Made by a program: the position numbers and the translations under genes
Notes under the pieces: model-generated
Told to the model about the DNA's origin: nothing
The model's input: only the letters and a program-made list of their open reading frames with translations
Database searches by the model: none
Shown: in pieces, positions 48,520 to 58,798 of the stretch
Layout: each line of letters starts with the position of its first letter
Position numbering within the stretch: position 1 is the stretch's first letter
From: Candidatus Binataceae bacterium
Lineage (GTDB): Bacteria; Desulfobacterota; Binatia; Binatales; Binataceae
Length of the DNA stretch: 64,000 bases
Direction: 5' to 3'
Assembly (NCBI GenBank): GCA_035308025.1
Contig: DATGHL010000047.1
Coordinates: 430-64,429 of the forward strand

Positions 48520-49599
48520 ATGCTATACCTGTGGTTGTATCCGCTGCACGTGCGCTTTCCGGCGTTCAACGTTTTGCGTTACGAGACGTTTCGCTCGGTG
48601 CTTGCGGGGTTGACCGCGCTCGCCCTGTCATTGGCGCTGGGACCGCTGCTGATTCGGCGCTTTCGTTCGGCCGGGATTGGCCAGACGATTCGCGAGGAAG
48701 TTCCGCAGGGCCATCGGAAAAAGGCCGGGACGCCAACGATGGGCGGCCTGCTGATCGTTGCTTCATGCCTGGCGGCGACGCTGTTGCTGGCCGATCCGCG
48801 CGACGCCTACGTCTGGATCGCGTTGTTTGTGACGGTGAGCTTCGGCGCGATCGGCTTTGCCGATGACTATCTCAAGCTCAAGCGCGGACGCGGCCGCGGA
48901 CTAAGCGGTCCGCAGAAACTGGTCGCGCAGTTCGGCTGCGCGCTCGTTGCCGCCGCCGTGCTCTTCGGCCTGATGGCCTTCAACCGCACGCTCAACTTTC
49001 CATTTCTCAAACGGCTCCATCCGTTTTTGCCGATCTGGGTTTACGTGCCGCTGGCCGCGGTCGTGATCGTCGGTTGCTCGAACGCGGTCAACCTGACCGA
49101 CGGGCTCGACGGTCTCGCGATCGGTCCGGTGATGACGACCAGCTTCTGCTACTGGGTCTTCACTTATGTCGCGGGCAATCTGAAGTTCGCGCGCTATCTC
49201 GACGTGCCGCACGTGGAGGGCGCCGGCGAGATCGCGATCTTCTGCGCGGCGCTGATCGCGGCGTCGATGGGCTTCCTCTGGTACAACGCCTATCCGGCCT
49301 CGATGATGATGGGCGATGTCGGTGCGCTCGCGCTCGGCGGGGCGCTGGGCACGGTGGCGCTGCTGGCGAAGCAGGAGATGCTGCTGCCGATCGCAGGCGG
49401 CATCTTCGTGCTCGAAGCGGTCTCAGTGATTATGCAACGCTACTACTACAAGCTCACCCATCAGCGGATTTTCCGGATGGCGCCGATTCACCATCATTTC
49501 GAGCTGGCGGGCTGGCCCGAGACGGTGGTGGTCGTGCGCTTCTGGATCATCTCGATCGTCTGCGCGCTGGTCGCGCTGAGTACGCTGAAACTCCGATAG
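48520..49599 (+). CDS. mraY: Phospho-N-acetylmuramoyl-pentapeptide transferase
   Basis: 359 aa. MraY motifs GTPTMGG, NAVNLTDGLDGLA. Confidence 0.9.
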   Translation: MLYLWLYPLHVRFPAFNVLRYETFRSVLAGLTALALSLALGPLLIRRFRSAGIGQTIREEVPQGHRKKAGTPTMGGLLIVASCLAATLLLADPRDAYVWIALFVTVSFGAIGFADDYLKLKRGRGRGLSGPQKLVAQFGCALVAAAVLFGLMAFNRTLNFPFLKRLHPFLPIWVYVPLAAVVIVGCSNAVNLTDGLDGLAIGPVMTTSFCYWVFTYVAGNLKFARYLDVPHVEGAGEIAIFCAALIAASMGFLWYNAYPASMMMGDVGALALGGALGTVALLAKQEMLLPIAGGIFVLEAVSVIMQRYYYKLTHQRIFRMAPIHHHFELAGWPETVVVVRFWIISIVCALVALSTLKLR

Positions 49600-49614
49600 T
49601 TATTTTGCAGCACA

Positions 49615-50949
49615 GTGGAGCTGAAGGATAAACGGGTGATGGTGATCGGGCTGGGTGTCAGCGGGAGCGCGGCGGCGCAATTTCTCGCGGCGCGCGGCGC
49701 GCGGCTGATCATGACCGATCAGCGCGAGGATTTCCCGTCCGCGCAGTTGCCTGCGGGCGACCTGCGACTGGGGGCGGAGACGGCGTCGTGGCTCGACGGC
49801 GTCGAGCTCGTCGTGGCGAGCCCCGGCGTGGCGCCGGGGTCGACGCTGATGCGTGCGGCGGCGGCGGCGCGGATCGCGGTGATCGGCGAGCTCGAGCTAG
49901 CCGCGCGCTTCGTCACGGCGCCGATTGTCGCGGTGACCGGGACCAACGGCAAGAGCACGGTGACGACGCTGATCGGGGAAATTTTCACGCGCGCCGGACT
50001 CAAGACTTTTGTCGGCGGCAATCTCGGCACGCCGCTCGTGGCTGCGATGGAGGGCGACTTTGCGGTGGTGGTCGCCGAGGTTTCGAGCTATCAGCTCGAG
50101 ACGATCGCGCAGTTCAAGCCGCACGTTGCGGCGCATCTGAATCTCTCCGCCGATCATCTAGATCGCTATCGCAGTCTTGGCGAATACGGCGCCGCCAAGG
50201 CGCGAATTTTCGCGAATCAGAACGCAGGCGATTGGGCGATCCTGAATCGCGACGATCCGCACGTGTGGGCGCTCGCAAAGGGTTTGCAGGCGCGGGTGCT
50301 GAGCTTTGGCCACGAACGGCCGGCGGCGGGAGCGGCGGTCTGGTGCGACGCGGACCAGATCAAATTCGACATCGAATTAGATGGCCGGGTGCGGCGCGGG
50401 GCGATCAGTCTGAAAGACTTTCGCCTGCCGGGGCCGCACAATCGTCTCAATGCGATGGCGGCGAGCGCAGCCGCGCTCGCGATGGAAATTCCGTCGGCCG
50501 TGATCGAAGCGGCGCTGGCGGACTTCAAGGGACTGCCGCATCGCCACGAATTCGTGCGCGAGCGCGCGGGCGTCCGCTACGTTGACGATTCCAAAGGCAC
50601 CAATGTCGGCGCGGTGATCGAGGCGCTCAATGCCGTCGCCGGGCCGGTCGTGCTGATCGCGGGCGGCGTCGACAAAGGCGGCAGCTATGCGCCGCTCCGC
50701 GCGGCGCTCAAGGACAAGGTCAGACTCGTCATCCTGATTGGCGCGGCGCGAGAGAAAATGCGGGAAGCGCTCAGCGGTGCGACGGCGATCACAGCCGTCG
50801 AGACATTGGCTGAGGCGGTAGCGATCGCGGTGCGGGAGGCCGTCGCGGGGGACACGGTGTTGTTGTCGCCGGCCTGCTCGAGTTTCGATCAATTCAAGGA
50901 TTATGCGGAACGTGGACGGATATATCAGGAGCTGGTTCGGGCGCTTTGA
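49615..50949 (+). CDS. murD: UDP-N-acetylmuramoylalanine--D-glutamate ligase
   Basis: 444 aa with an N-terminal Rossmann fold (GLGVSGSAAAQFL) and GTNGKST. Confidence 0.85.
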   Translation: MELKDKRVMVIGLGVSGSAAAQFLAARGARLIMTDQREDFPSAQLPAGDLRLGAETASWLDGVELVVASPGVAPGSTLMRAAAAARIAVIGELELAARFVTAPIVAVTGTNGKSTVTTLIGEIFTRAGLKTFVGGNLGTPLVAAMEGDFAVVVAEVSSYQLETIAQFKPHVAAHLNLSADHLDRYRSLGEYGAAKARIFANQNAGDWAILNRDDPHVWALAKGLQARVLSFGHERPAAGAAVWCDADQIKFDIELDGRVRRGAISLKDFRLPGPHNRLNAMAASAAALAMEIPSAVIEAALADFKGLPHRHEFVRERAGVRYVDDSKGTNVGAVIEALNAVAGPVVLIAGGVDKGGSYAPLRAALKDKVRLVILIGAAREKMREALSGATAITAVETLAEAVAIAVREAVAGDTVLLSPACSSFDQFKDYAERGRIYQELVRAL

Positions 50950-52051
50950 GCGGCTGACGCCGCGCTGCCCCGATCCGTGGCTCGCGGTCCCGGCGGGAGC
51001 GCTGCTGGTGCTCGGCCTGTTGATGGCGCTCGACACGACTTATTTTCTCGGTGAGGCGAAGACCGGAGACGGCTTCCATTACTTCAGGCTGCATCTGGTG
51101 CATATCGCGGCGGGGCTGGCGATCGGGCTGGTGCTCTCGCAGCTTTCGCTCGTTGGACTGCGGCGTCTGGTGATGCCGCTTGGGCTGATCGCGATCGCGC
51201 TGTTGATCATGATCTGGATCCCGGGGCTGGGCGTAGTTCGCGGCGGCGCACGGCGCTGGGTGCGGCTGGGACCGGTGCTCGCGGAACCGTCGGAGCTGGT
51301 CAAATTCGCTCTGGTGTTTTTCCTGGCGGCGCTGCTCGAGCGGCGGCAAGAACGGATGACGACCTTCGCTGAAGGCGCTCTGCCGGCCTTCGCGATCGTG
51401 ACGCCGCTCGCGCTGATGACGCTGCGGCAGCCGGACTTCGGCGCAACGGTGATGATCGCGCTGATCCTGTTTGCGATGCTGTTTGCGGCGGGCGCGCGCC
51501 TCAAGCATCTGGCGCTGGCGGGCGGCGGCGCGCTGGCCGTATTGGCTATACTCGTAGTAGTAAAACCGTACAGATTAAGGCGATTGGCCGGATTCATGGA
51601 TCCGTGGCGGACGGCGCAAGACGCCGGCTTTCAGCTCATGCAGTCGTTTATGGCGCTGGGCGCAGGCGGTATCTGGGGCCAGGGTCTGGGCGGCGGACGG
51701 CAAAAGATGTTTTACCTGCCCGCGGCGCATACGGATTTCGTCTTTGCCGTGGTGACGGAAGACCTCGGTCTGATCGGCGCCGCGGCCGTCCTGGCGCTTT
51801 TCACGATGATCCTGATTCGCGGGATGCGTATCGCGCATGACGAGCCAGATGGTTTCGCGAGCCTGCTGACGATCGGGCTGACGGTGCTGCTGACGCTGCA
51901 GGCGCTGATCAATATGGCGGTGGTGATCGGCTTGGTGCCGACCAAGGGGCTGCCGCTGCCGTTTCTGAGCTATGGCGGAACTTCGACCGTGATGACGCTG
52001 GCGGCGCTGGGCGCGCTGCTGGCCCTGTCGCGGCGGCCGGCGGTGCGATGA
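50903..52051 (+). CDS. ftsW: Peptidoglycan glycosyltransferase FtsW (SEDS family)
   Basis: 382 aa with 10 TMS and SEDS motifs. The 5' end overlaps murD by 46 nt, so the start may lie further downstream. Confidence 0.8.
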   Translation: MRNVDGYIRSWFGRFERLTPRCPDPWLAVPAGALLVLGLLMALDTTYFLGEAKTGDGFHYFRLHLVHIAAGLAIGLVLSQLSLVGLRRLVMPLGLIAIALLIMIWIPGLGVVRGGARRWVRLGPVLAEPSELVKFALVFFLAALLERRQERMTTFAEGALPAFAIVTPLALMTLRQPDFGATVMIALILFAMLFAAGARLKHLALAGGGALAVLAILVVVKPYRLRRLAGFMDPWRTAQDAGFQLMQSFMALGAGGIWGQGLGGGRQKMFYLPAAHTDFVFAVVTEDLGLIGAAAVLALFTMILIRGMRIAHDEPDGFASLLTIGLTVLLTLQALINMAVVIGLVPTKGLPLPFLSYGGTSTVMTLAALGALLALSRRPAVR

Positions 52052-53133
52052 AAGTGATTATCGCAGGCGGTGGCACCGGTGGTCATCTCTTTCCCGCCGT
52101 CGCGGTCGGCGAGGAACTCAAGCGCCAGTCTCCGGCGAATGAGATTCTCTATGTCGGCGCGAGCAACGGGCTGGAGGCGCGCTGGCTGCCGCGCCACGGT
52201 CTGCCGCACGAGCTGCTGCAGGTGCGCGGGTGGACCGGCAAGGGCCAGCTGACGCGAATGCGCGCGCTCGGCGAGTTTGCGGCGGCGGTCGGCCACGCGT
52301 GGCGATTGATCCGCCGCGCGGGGGCCGACCTGGTAGTGGGGGCCGGGGGCTACGCCTCGGCGCCGGTCGCCGTCGCGGCGATTTTAACCCGCACGCCGCT
52401 GGTGCTGCTTGAGCAGAACACCCGGCCGGGGCTTGCGAACCGGCTCCTGTGGCGGTTCGCCAAGAAGATTTGTGTCGGGTTTGCCGAGTCGACGGCGGAT
52501 TTCGCGCCCGGAAAAGTCGCGGTTACCGGCAATCCGGTACGCTTTGAATCGCGCCCGGAGGCTCACCTCGGACACTCGGGCCCACTTCAAATCCTTGTTT
52601 TAGGCGGATCGAGCGGGGCGCATCGGCTCAACATTGGCGTCCTGAAAGCCTTCCAAATTTCGGCAAAAGGTGTTATAAAGTTTGATCTTATCCATCAAAC
52701 CGGCGAAATGGATGCGAAGGCGATAGCGGAGGGCTATGGCAGGCTCGGATGGTCGGCTCAGGTGACGCCATTTATCGACGATATGGCCGCGGCGCTGGCG
52801 TCAGCGGATCTTGTGATCGCGCGCTCTGGGGCAATGACGGTCTCTGAGATGGCGCTGGCGGGCCGGCCCGCGGTGTTTGTGCCGTATCCGTTCCATCGCG
52901 ACCGCCAGCAGGAGTTGAATGCGCGAGTGCTCGAGCGCCTGGGCGCGGCGCGGATCGTGCGCGACGATGAACAATTAGGCGAAAATCTGGCCAAAGTGTT
53001 ACTCGAACTGACGGCGGACCGCGCCGCGCTGGCGGCGATGGGCCAGCGCGCGGCGGCCGCGGCGATGCCGCGTGCGGCGCAGGCGATCGCACAGATTTGC
53101 GTCAAAGCGGCGCAGGCTGGAAGGTCCGCGTGA
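52048..53133 (+). CDS. murG: UDP-N-acetylglucosamine--N-acetylmuramyl-(pentapeptide) pyrophosphoryl-undecaprenol GlcNAc transferase
   Basis: 361 aa with N-terminal GGTGGHLFPA. Confidence 0.9.
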   Translation: MKVIIAGGGTGGHLFPAVAVGEELKRQSPANEILYVGASNGLEARWLPRHGLPHELLQVRGWTGKGQLTRMRALGEFAAAVGHAWRLIRRAGADLVVGAGGYASAPVAVAAILTRTPLVLLEQNTRPGLANRLLWRFAKKICVGFAESTADFAPGKVAVTGNPVRFESRPEAHLGHSGPLQILVLGGSSGAHRLNIGVLKAFQISAKGVIKFDLIHQTGEMDAKAIAEGYGRLGWSAQVTPFIDDMAAALASADLVIARSGAMTVSEMALAGRPAVFVPYPFHRDRQQELNARVLERLGAARIVRDDEQLGENLAKVLLELTADRAALAAMGQRAAAAAMPRAAQAIAQICVKAAQAGRSA

Positions 53134-54551
53134 TGAGCGGCAGCAGCAGATTGCTCGAGCGCAAGCGCCGGCTGCATTTCGTCGGGATCGGCGGCGCGGG
53201 CATGAGCGGCATCGCCGAGTTGTGCCAGCGCCTGGGCTTCGGCGTCAGCGGCTGCGACGTCAAGCAAACCGCGGTGACGACGCGGCTGAGCGCGCTGGGG
53301 ATCGCGATCGCGTACGGACATCATCCGAGCCATCTCGGCGAGGAGCTGGACGCCGTGGTTATCTCGTCGGCAGTGAAGTTTTCGAATCCGGAAGTGGCGG
53401 CGGCGCGGGCAAAAAAGATTCCAGTGATTCCGCGCGCCGAGATGCTCGGCGAGCTGCTGCGGATGGCGCGCGTCGGAATCGCGGTGGCGGGGACTCACGG
53501 CAAGACCACGACGACTTCACTGATTGGGTTGATCCTTGAAGAAGCCGGACTGGATCCGACCGTTGCGGTCGGCGGCAAACTGCGCGCGCAGGAAGCCAAC
53601 GTGCGCCTCGGCCGCGGCGAGTTCATGGTGGCCGAGGCCGATGAGAGTGACGCCTCGTTTCTGTTGCTCGCGCCGACGGTGTCGGTGGTGACGAATATCG
53701 ATCCCGAGCACATGGACCATTACGGCACGATGGAGCGCGTGCGCGAAGCCTATCTCAACTTTATCAATCGGGTGCCGTTTCACGGCGCGGTGGTGCTGGG
53801 GCTCGACAGCGTCAACGTGCGCGGGCTGCTCGACGCGGTGCGCAAACCGCTGGTGACGTATGGCGTGGCGGCGGACGCCGATCTGCGCGCCGAGCAAATC
53901 CGGATCGACGGCCTTTCGACCAGTTTCACGGTGGTGCGCAAGGGTGTGGCGCTGGGCGCGGTGACGATTCCGTCCCCCGGCCATCACGTGGCGATGAATG
54001 CGCTGGCCGCGATCGCGGTCGCGCACGAGCTGGGTGTCGAGTTCGCGGTGGCGGCGGCGGCGCTGGGAAAATTTGGCGGGATCGCGCGGCGCTTCGAAAT
54101 CAAGGGTGAGGCGGCCGGGCGGATTGTGCTCGACGATTATGCGCATCATCCGGCTGAAGTGCGGGCGACGCTGGCGGCGGCGCGGGCCGCTTTCAAGCGG
54201 CGGGCGGTCGTGGTTTTTCAACCTCATCGCTATAGCCGGCTGCGCGATCTGTTCGACGACTTCGTGAAGGCCTTCGATGACGCTGACGTGCTCTACGTGG
54301 ACGAGGTTTACGGCGCGGGCGAAGAGCCGCTGGCGGAGATTTCGGGGCGGCGCTTGTGCGAGGCGATTCGCGCGCGTGGCCATCTGGATGTGCGCTACCT
54401 CGGCGACGAGGCCGATGGCGCGCTCAAGGTCGTCGCCGAGTCGGCCCCGAGCGATCTGATTGTGACGCTCGGGGCGGGCGACATTTACCGTCTGGGCGAG
54501 CGCGTCCTGTCAATGCTCGGCGAAACGGAGAAACCCGATGAGCGGGCTTGA
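53133..54551 (+). CDS. murC: UDP-N-acetylmuramate--L-alanine ligase
   Basis: The start ATG at 53133 overlaps the murG TGA stop. Motifs are HFVGIGGAGMSGIA and GTHGKTTTT. Confidence 0.9.
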   Translation: MSGSSRLLERKRRLHFVGIGGAGMSGIAELCQRLGFGVSGCDVKQTAVTTRLSALGIAIAYGHHPSHLGEELDAVVISSAVKFSNPEVAAARAKKIPVIPRAEMLGELLRMARVGIAVAGTHGKTTTTSLIGLILEEAGLDPTVAVGGKLRAQEANVRLGRGEFMVAEADESDASFLLLAPTVSVVTNIDPEHMDHYGTMERVREAYLNFINRVPFHGAVVLGLDSVNVRGLLDAVRKPLVTYGVAADADLRAEQIRIDGLSTSFTVVRKGVALGAVTIPSPGHHVAMNALAAIAVAHELGVEFAVAAAALGKFGGIARRFEIKGEAAGRIVLDDYAHHPAEVRATLAAARAAFKRRAVVVFQPHRYSRLRDLFDDFVKAFDDADVLYVDEVYGAGEEPLAEISGRRLCEAIRARGHLDVRYLGDEADGALKVVAESAPSDLIVTLGAGDIYRLGERVLSMLGETEKPDERA

Positions 54552-55440
54552 GCGCGAGCTAAGCGAACGCTTCGGGGCGCGGCTGCGCGCCAACTATCGG
54601 TTGGCCGAGTTGACCTCTTTTCAGATTGGCGGGCCGGCCGACCGCTTTCTCCTGGTCGAGGACGCGGCCGAGTTGGCGGCGGCGATGGCCCTCGCTGATC
54701 GGCATTCCGTGCCCTGTTTCTGTTTGGGTTCCGGCACCAACTTGCTGGTCAGCGATCGCGGAATTCGCGGTCTGGTGCTGAAACTCGGCCGCGGCTTTTC
54801 GCGGATTGAATTCAACGGCCTTGAGGTTCGCGCCGGCGCGGCGGCGCAATTCGCCGACCTGGCGGAGCTAACCGTCCAGCACGGACTGGCCGGCCTCGAA
54901 TTCGGCGAGGGCATCCCCGGTTCAGTCGGAGGCGGCCTGGTGATGAACGCCGGGGCGTTCGGTGGCGAGATGGCGCGCGTGGTCGTCGCAGTGCATGGGG
55001 TCGAGGCGAGTGGGGAGTCGCGGAGTTTAAGCCCGGACGAAGTGGGCTTCGCCTATCGGCGCACCGCTCTACCGGCGCGATTTGTGATCGCGGCAGTGGA
55101 TTTTCGGCTGGCCGCCGGTGAGCCGTCGAGCTTGCGCGCGCGGGTCAGCGAGATCCATGCAAAGCGTGTCAGCCGTCAGCCGCGCAACGCGCCCAACGCG
55201 GGATCGATCTTCAAAAATCCGCCGGGCAGGTTCGCCGGGCGCCTGCTCGAAGCTGCAGGTCTTAAGGGCGAGCGCATGGGCCGCGCGGCTTTCTCCGATC
55301 AACACGCGAACTTTATCGTAAATCTGGGTGGGGCGAGTGCAGGCGAAGTGCGGGCGCTGATCGAACTCGCGCGTGAGCGGGTGCAAGCGAGCGCCGGGGT
55401 GACGCTGGAGCCGGAAGTCAGGCTGGTGGGCGAATGGTGA
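54538..55440 (+). CDS. murB: UDP-N-acetylenolpyruvoylglucosamine reductase
   Basis: 300 aa with an FAD-binding domain and the C-terminal MurB domain. Confidence 0.85.
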   Translation: MSGLERELSERFGARLRANYRLAELTSFQIGGPADRFLLVEDAAELAAAMALADRHSVPCFCLGSGTNLLVSDRGIRGLVLKLGRGFSRIEFNGLEVRAGAAAQFADLAELTVQHGLAGLEFGEGIPGSVGGGLVMNAGAFGGEMARVVVAVHGVEASGESRSLSPDEVGFAYRRTALPARFVIAAVDFRLAAGEPSSLRARVSEIHAKRVSRQPRNAPNAGSIFKNPPGRFAGRLLEAAGLKGERMGRAAFSDQHANFIVNLGGASAGEVRALIELARERVQASAGVTLEPEVRLVGEW

Positions 55441-55466
55441 GGTAGGGGTGCGGGGAGACGGCGGCG

Positions 55467-56201
55467 GTGGCGGCGGGGAAGCGGAAAAGAACTAAACCAG
55501 TGGCGGACTGGAGCTGGCGGTTGGCAGGAATCGCGCTCTGCGCATTTTTTGCGCTCGGCGTTTTCGCTGGTCTGAGCCGGAGCGGCCGTTCGCTGGCGCA
55601 GCGGGTCGAGGCGCTGCTGCGAGCGATGCCGCGATTGTCGGCAAACCGGCCGGAAGTAACCGGCGCGGCGGCGGCGCTGCGCGGTGAGCAGGACGCAATC
55701 GCGCTAATCGAGCGCGGCGACGGCTTTTACGCGTTGGACGCGGCCGGCGGCTTACGCGGACCGGTCTCGCCGACGACGGAGAACGACCTGGCGATTATCA
55801 GCGGGCCGGGGGCCAACGCGGCTGCGCCGCAATTGCTCGAGTACGCCCGCGTGATGGTGGAGGCGGAGGCGGCGCTGGGGCTGACGGTTTCCGAGCTGCG
55901 CGTTGGGGTCGGCACGGAAGCTACGCTCTATCTCGAGCGGCCGGCGATTCCGGTCGCGATCGATCTGGGGAATAGCGGAGTCGAGCTCGAACGGGCGGCG
56001 CAAATTCTCGCGCTGTGGCGCAGCCGTCGCGATCTGATTGCCGCGCTCGATCTGACGGTTGCGGATCAGGCGGTGGTGCGCGTGCGCGCCGGCGTGATAG
56101 CGCCGGTCCCGCCTGCAAACTCCGCGCGCGGGCGATTAACCTTTACTAGGCTGCGGCGCGGCTCGACCAAACCCTTGGCGGAGGCCGCGGCGAACCGATG
56201 A
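55467..56201 (+). CDS. ftsQ: Cell division protein FtsQ-like (TM + POTRA)
   Basis: 244 aa with a single N-terminal TM, positioned between murB and ftsA. Confidence 0.6.
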   Translation: MAAGKRKRTKPVADWSWRLAGIALCAFFALGVFAGLSRSGRSLAQRVEALLRAMPRLSANRPEVTGAAAALRGEQDAIALIERGDGFYALDAAGGLRGPVSPTTENDLAIISGPGANAAAPQLLEYARVMVEAEAALGLTVSELRVGVGTEATLYLERPAIPVAIDLGNSGVELERAAQILALWRSRRDLIAALDLTVADQAVVRVRAGVIAPVPPANSARGRLTFTRLRRGSTKPLAEAAANR

Positions 56202-57427
56202 GAAATACACTCAGCGGAGTTGACGTCGGCACGAGCAAGGTCTGCGCGCTGATCGGCGAGGCCGCGGCCGACGGCGCGCTCGCGGTGCTGGGTTACGGCG
56301 TCGCGCCCTGCACCGGCTTGCGCAAAGGGGTCGTGGTCAATATCGAGGCGACCGTCGATGCGATCCGTGCGGCCACCGAGGAGGCGGCGCGCGCCGCCGG
56401 GGTGAAGATCGGCGGCGCGGTGGTCGGCGTGGCGGGCGCGCATATTCGCGGCTTCAACAGCCACGGGATCGTCGCCGTGCGCGGCGGCGAGGTCAGCGTG
56501 CGCGACCGCGAACGGGTGATCGATGCGGCGCGCGCGGTGGCGATACCGCTCGATCGCGAAGTGCTGCATCTGCTGCCGCAGCAATACGCGGTGGATGACC
56601 AGGAGGGCGTGCGCGATCCGCTGGGCATGGCCGGGGTGCGGCTCGAGGCGCGGATTCATCTGGTCACCGCGGCGCAGAGCTACGGCCAGAATCTGATCAA
56701 GTGTTGCGAGCGGGCCTCGATCACGCCGCTGGAGCTGATGTTCGAGCCGCTGGCGTCGGCCGACGCGGCGCTGTTTCCCGAGGAGCGCGAACTGGGTGTG
56801 GCGCTGATCGATATCGGCGGCGGCACGACCGGGGTCGTGGTTTTTCACAACAGCGCGGTGATGCATACGGCGGTGCTGCCGATTGGCGGAAATCATCTGA
56901 CCAGCGATATCGCCGCGGGCCTGCGCACGCCGATGCTGGAGGCCGAGCGGCTCAAAATCAATCATGGCGCAGCGACCAACCAGGTGGTCGGCCGCGATGA
57001 GCTGGTGCAGGTCCCGGGCGTCGGCGGGCGTGATCCGCAGATGATCGCGCGGCGCCTGCTAGGAGAGATTATCGAGCCGCGCATGGAGGAGATCCTGGCG
57101 ATGGCGCAGCGTGAGCTGATCCGCTCGGGCGCCTGCGACAGCCTGGGCTCAGGCGTAGTGCTGGTGGGCGGGACGGCGCTGCTCGAGGGGACGCAGGAGC
57201 TCGCCGAGCGGGTCTTCGGGATGCCGGTGCGGCGCGGCTTGCCGATCAATTTGAAGGGCATCCCGGAGCAGTTGATGAAGCCGATGTACACGACGGCGGC
57301 GGGACTGCTGATGCAGGCGGCGAACGGGCGCGCGAATGGCCGCGTCAATGGCAATGGCGCCATGCGGCACGGACGCTGGGGGCGTATCCGCAGCCGCATG
57401 GGCGATTGGATGAGGGATTTTTTTTAG
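56198..57427 (+). CDS. ftsA: Cell division protein FtsA
   Basis: 409 aa, actin-like ATPase. It has the C-terminal amphipathic helix (WMRDFF). Confidence 0.9.
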   Translation: MRNTLSGVDVGTSKVCALIGEAAADGALAVLGYGVAPCTGLRKGVVVNIEATVDAIRAATEEAARAAGVKIGGAVVGVAGAHIRGFNSHGIVAVRGGEVSVRDRERVIDAARAVAIPLDREVLHLLPQQYAVDDQEGVRDPLGMAGVRLEARIHLVTAAQSYGQNLIKCCERASITPLELMFEPLASADAALFPEERELGVALIDIGGGTTGVVVFHNSAVMHTAVLPIGGNHLTSDIAAGLRTPMLEAERLKINHGAATNQVVGRDELVQVPGVGGRDPQMIARRLLGEIIEPRMEEILAMAQRELIRSGACDSLGSGVVLVGGTALLEGTQELAERVFGMPVRRGLPINLKGIPEQLMKPMYTTAAGLLMQAANGRANGRVNGNGAMRHGRWGRIRSRMGDWMRDFF

Positions 57428-57491
57428 CCGCGCTATCGCAAGATCGCCGGCCGGGCAGAACCAATTCGGAGGAGGGGGCGGAGGAGAGGCA

Positions 57492-58778
57492 GTGATGATC
57501 GAGTTAGTTGAAAGCGCCGACGTCGGTGCGCGGATCAAAGTTATCGGTGCGGGCGGATGCGGCGGCAACGCGGTGAATCACATGATCGCCGCAGGTCTGC
57601 GCAACGTGGATTTTGTCTCAGTGAATACGGATTCGCAGGCGCTGGCCGTCAATACCGCGCCGCTGCGGATGCAGATCGGCCAGCTCCTGACGAAGGGGCG
57701 CGGGACCGGCGGCAATCCCGAAATCGGGCGCAAGGCTGCGCTCGAGGACGAGGACAACCTGCGCGCGGTGCTGGGCGACGCGGAGATGGTCTTCGTGACC
57801 GCCGGGATGGGTGGCGGCACCGGCACGGGCTCGGCGCCGGTAATTGCGCGGCTGGCGCGCGAAAGCGGCGCGTTGACGGTCGGCGTGGTGACCAAGCCCT
57901 TCCAGTTCGAGGGGCGCAAGCGGATGGGGCAGGCCGACGACGGTCTGCGCGAGCTCAAGAATGCCGTGGATACGCTGATCACGATTCCGAATCAGCGGCT
58001 GCTCTCGATCGCGAGCCGCACCACCTCGCTGAAGGAAGCCTTCGAGAAGGCCGACGACGTGCTGCTGCAGGCCGTGCGCGGGATCTCGGAACTGGTGACG
58101 GTCCACGGGCTAATCAATCTCGATTTCGCCGACGTCCGCTCGATCATGGCCGAGATGGGCATGGCGATGATGGGCGCGGCGCGGGCCTCGGGCGAGAACC
58201 GCGCGGTCGAGGCGGCGCAGCGCGCGATTTCGAGTCCGCTGCTCGAAGATGTTTCGATCAAAGGGGCGCGCGGCCTGCTGATCAACGTCACGGGCGGTTC
58301 CGACATGTCGCTCTACGAGGTCAATGAGGCGGCCAGCCTGATCCAAGAAGAAGCGCATGAGGACGCCAATATCATCTTCGGCGCGGTGATCGATGAGAAG
58401 CTCTCGAACGAGCTGCATGTCACGGTGATCGCGACCGGCTTCGGCGAGCGCCAACTCGAACGTCACGCCGCGCGTTACTCGTCTTCGGGCACGGCGGTAA
58501 CGACGCCGATAATGGCCGCGCCGACGCGGCCGATCGATCCGGTGCAGCCGCAGCCGCCGTTGATGCCGCCACCGCCGCCGGCGCAGAATCAGCCATTCAA
58601 CGGCAAGCCGGTGCGCAAGTTGGGATTGCTCGTGGACGACAGCGTGCTCGATATCCCGACCTTCAAGCGGCGCGCGGACGAGAATCGCGGCGGGCCGACG
58701 AAGGTCGGTCAGACCGAGCTGCTGGAGAGCGACGACAAGCTGGACATCCCGGCCTTTCTGCGCAAGCCCGGCGCCTGA
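57492..58778 (+). CDS. ftsZ: Cell division GTPase FtsZ
   Basis: It has the tubulin signature GGGTGTG and a C-terminal peptide LDIPAFLRK. There are two copies of the CTP motif (see findings). Confidence 0.95.
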   Translation: MMIELVESADVGARIKVIGAGGCGGNAVNHMIAAGLRNVDFVSVNTDSQALAVNTAPLRMQIGQLLTKGRGTGGNPEIGRKAALEDEDNLRAVLGDAEMVFVTAGMGGGTGTGSAPVIARLARESGALTVGVVTKPFQFEGRKRMGQADDGLRELKNAVDTLITIPNQRLLSIASRTTSLKEAFEKADDVLLQAVRGISELVTVHGLINLDFADVRSIMAEMGMAMMGAARASGENRAVEAAQRAISSPLLEDVSIKGARGLLINVTGGSDMSLYEVNEAASLIQEEAHEDANIIFGAVIDEKLSNELHVTVIATGFGERQLERHAARYSSSGTAVTTPIMAAPTRPIDPVQPQPPLMPPPPPAQNQPFNGKPVRKLGLLVDDSVLDIPTFKRRADENRGGPTKVGQTELLESDDKLDIPAFLRKPGA

Positions 58779-58798
58779 GTCACGGGCCGCGCCGACGA

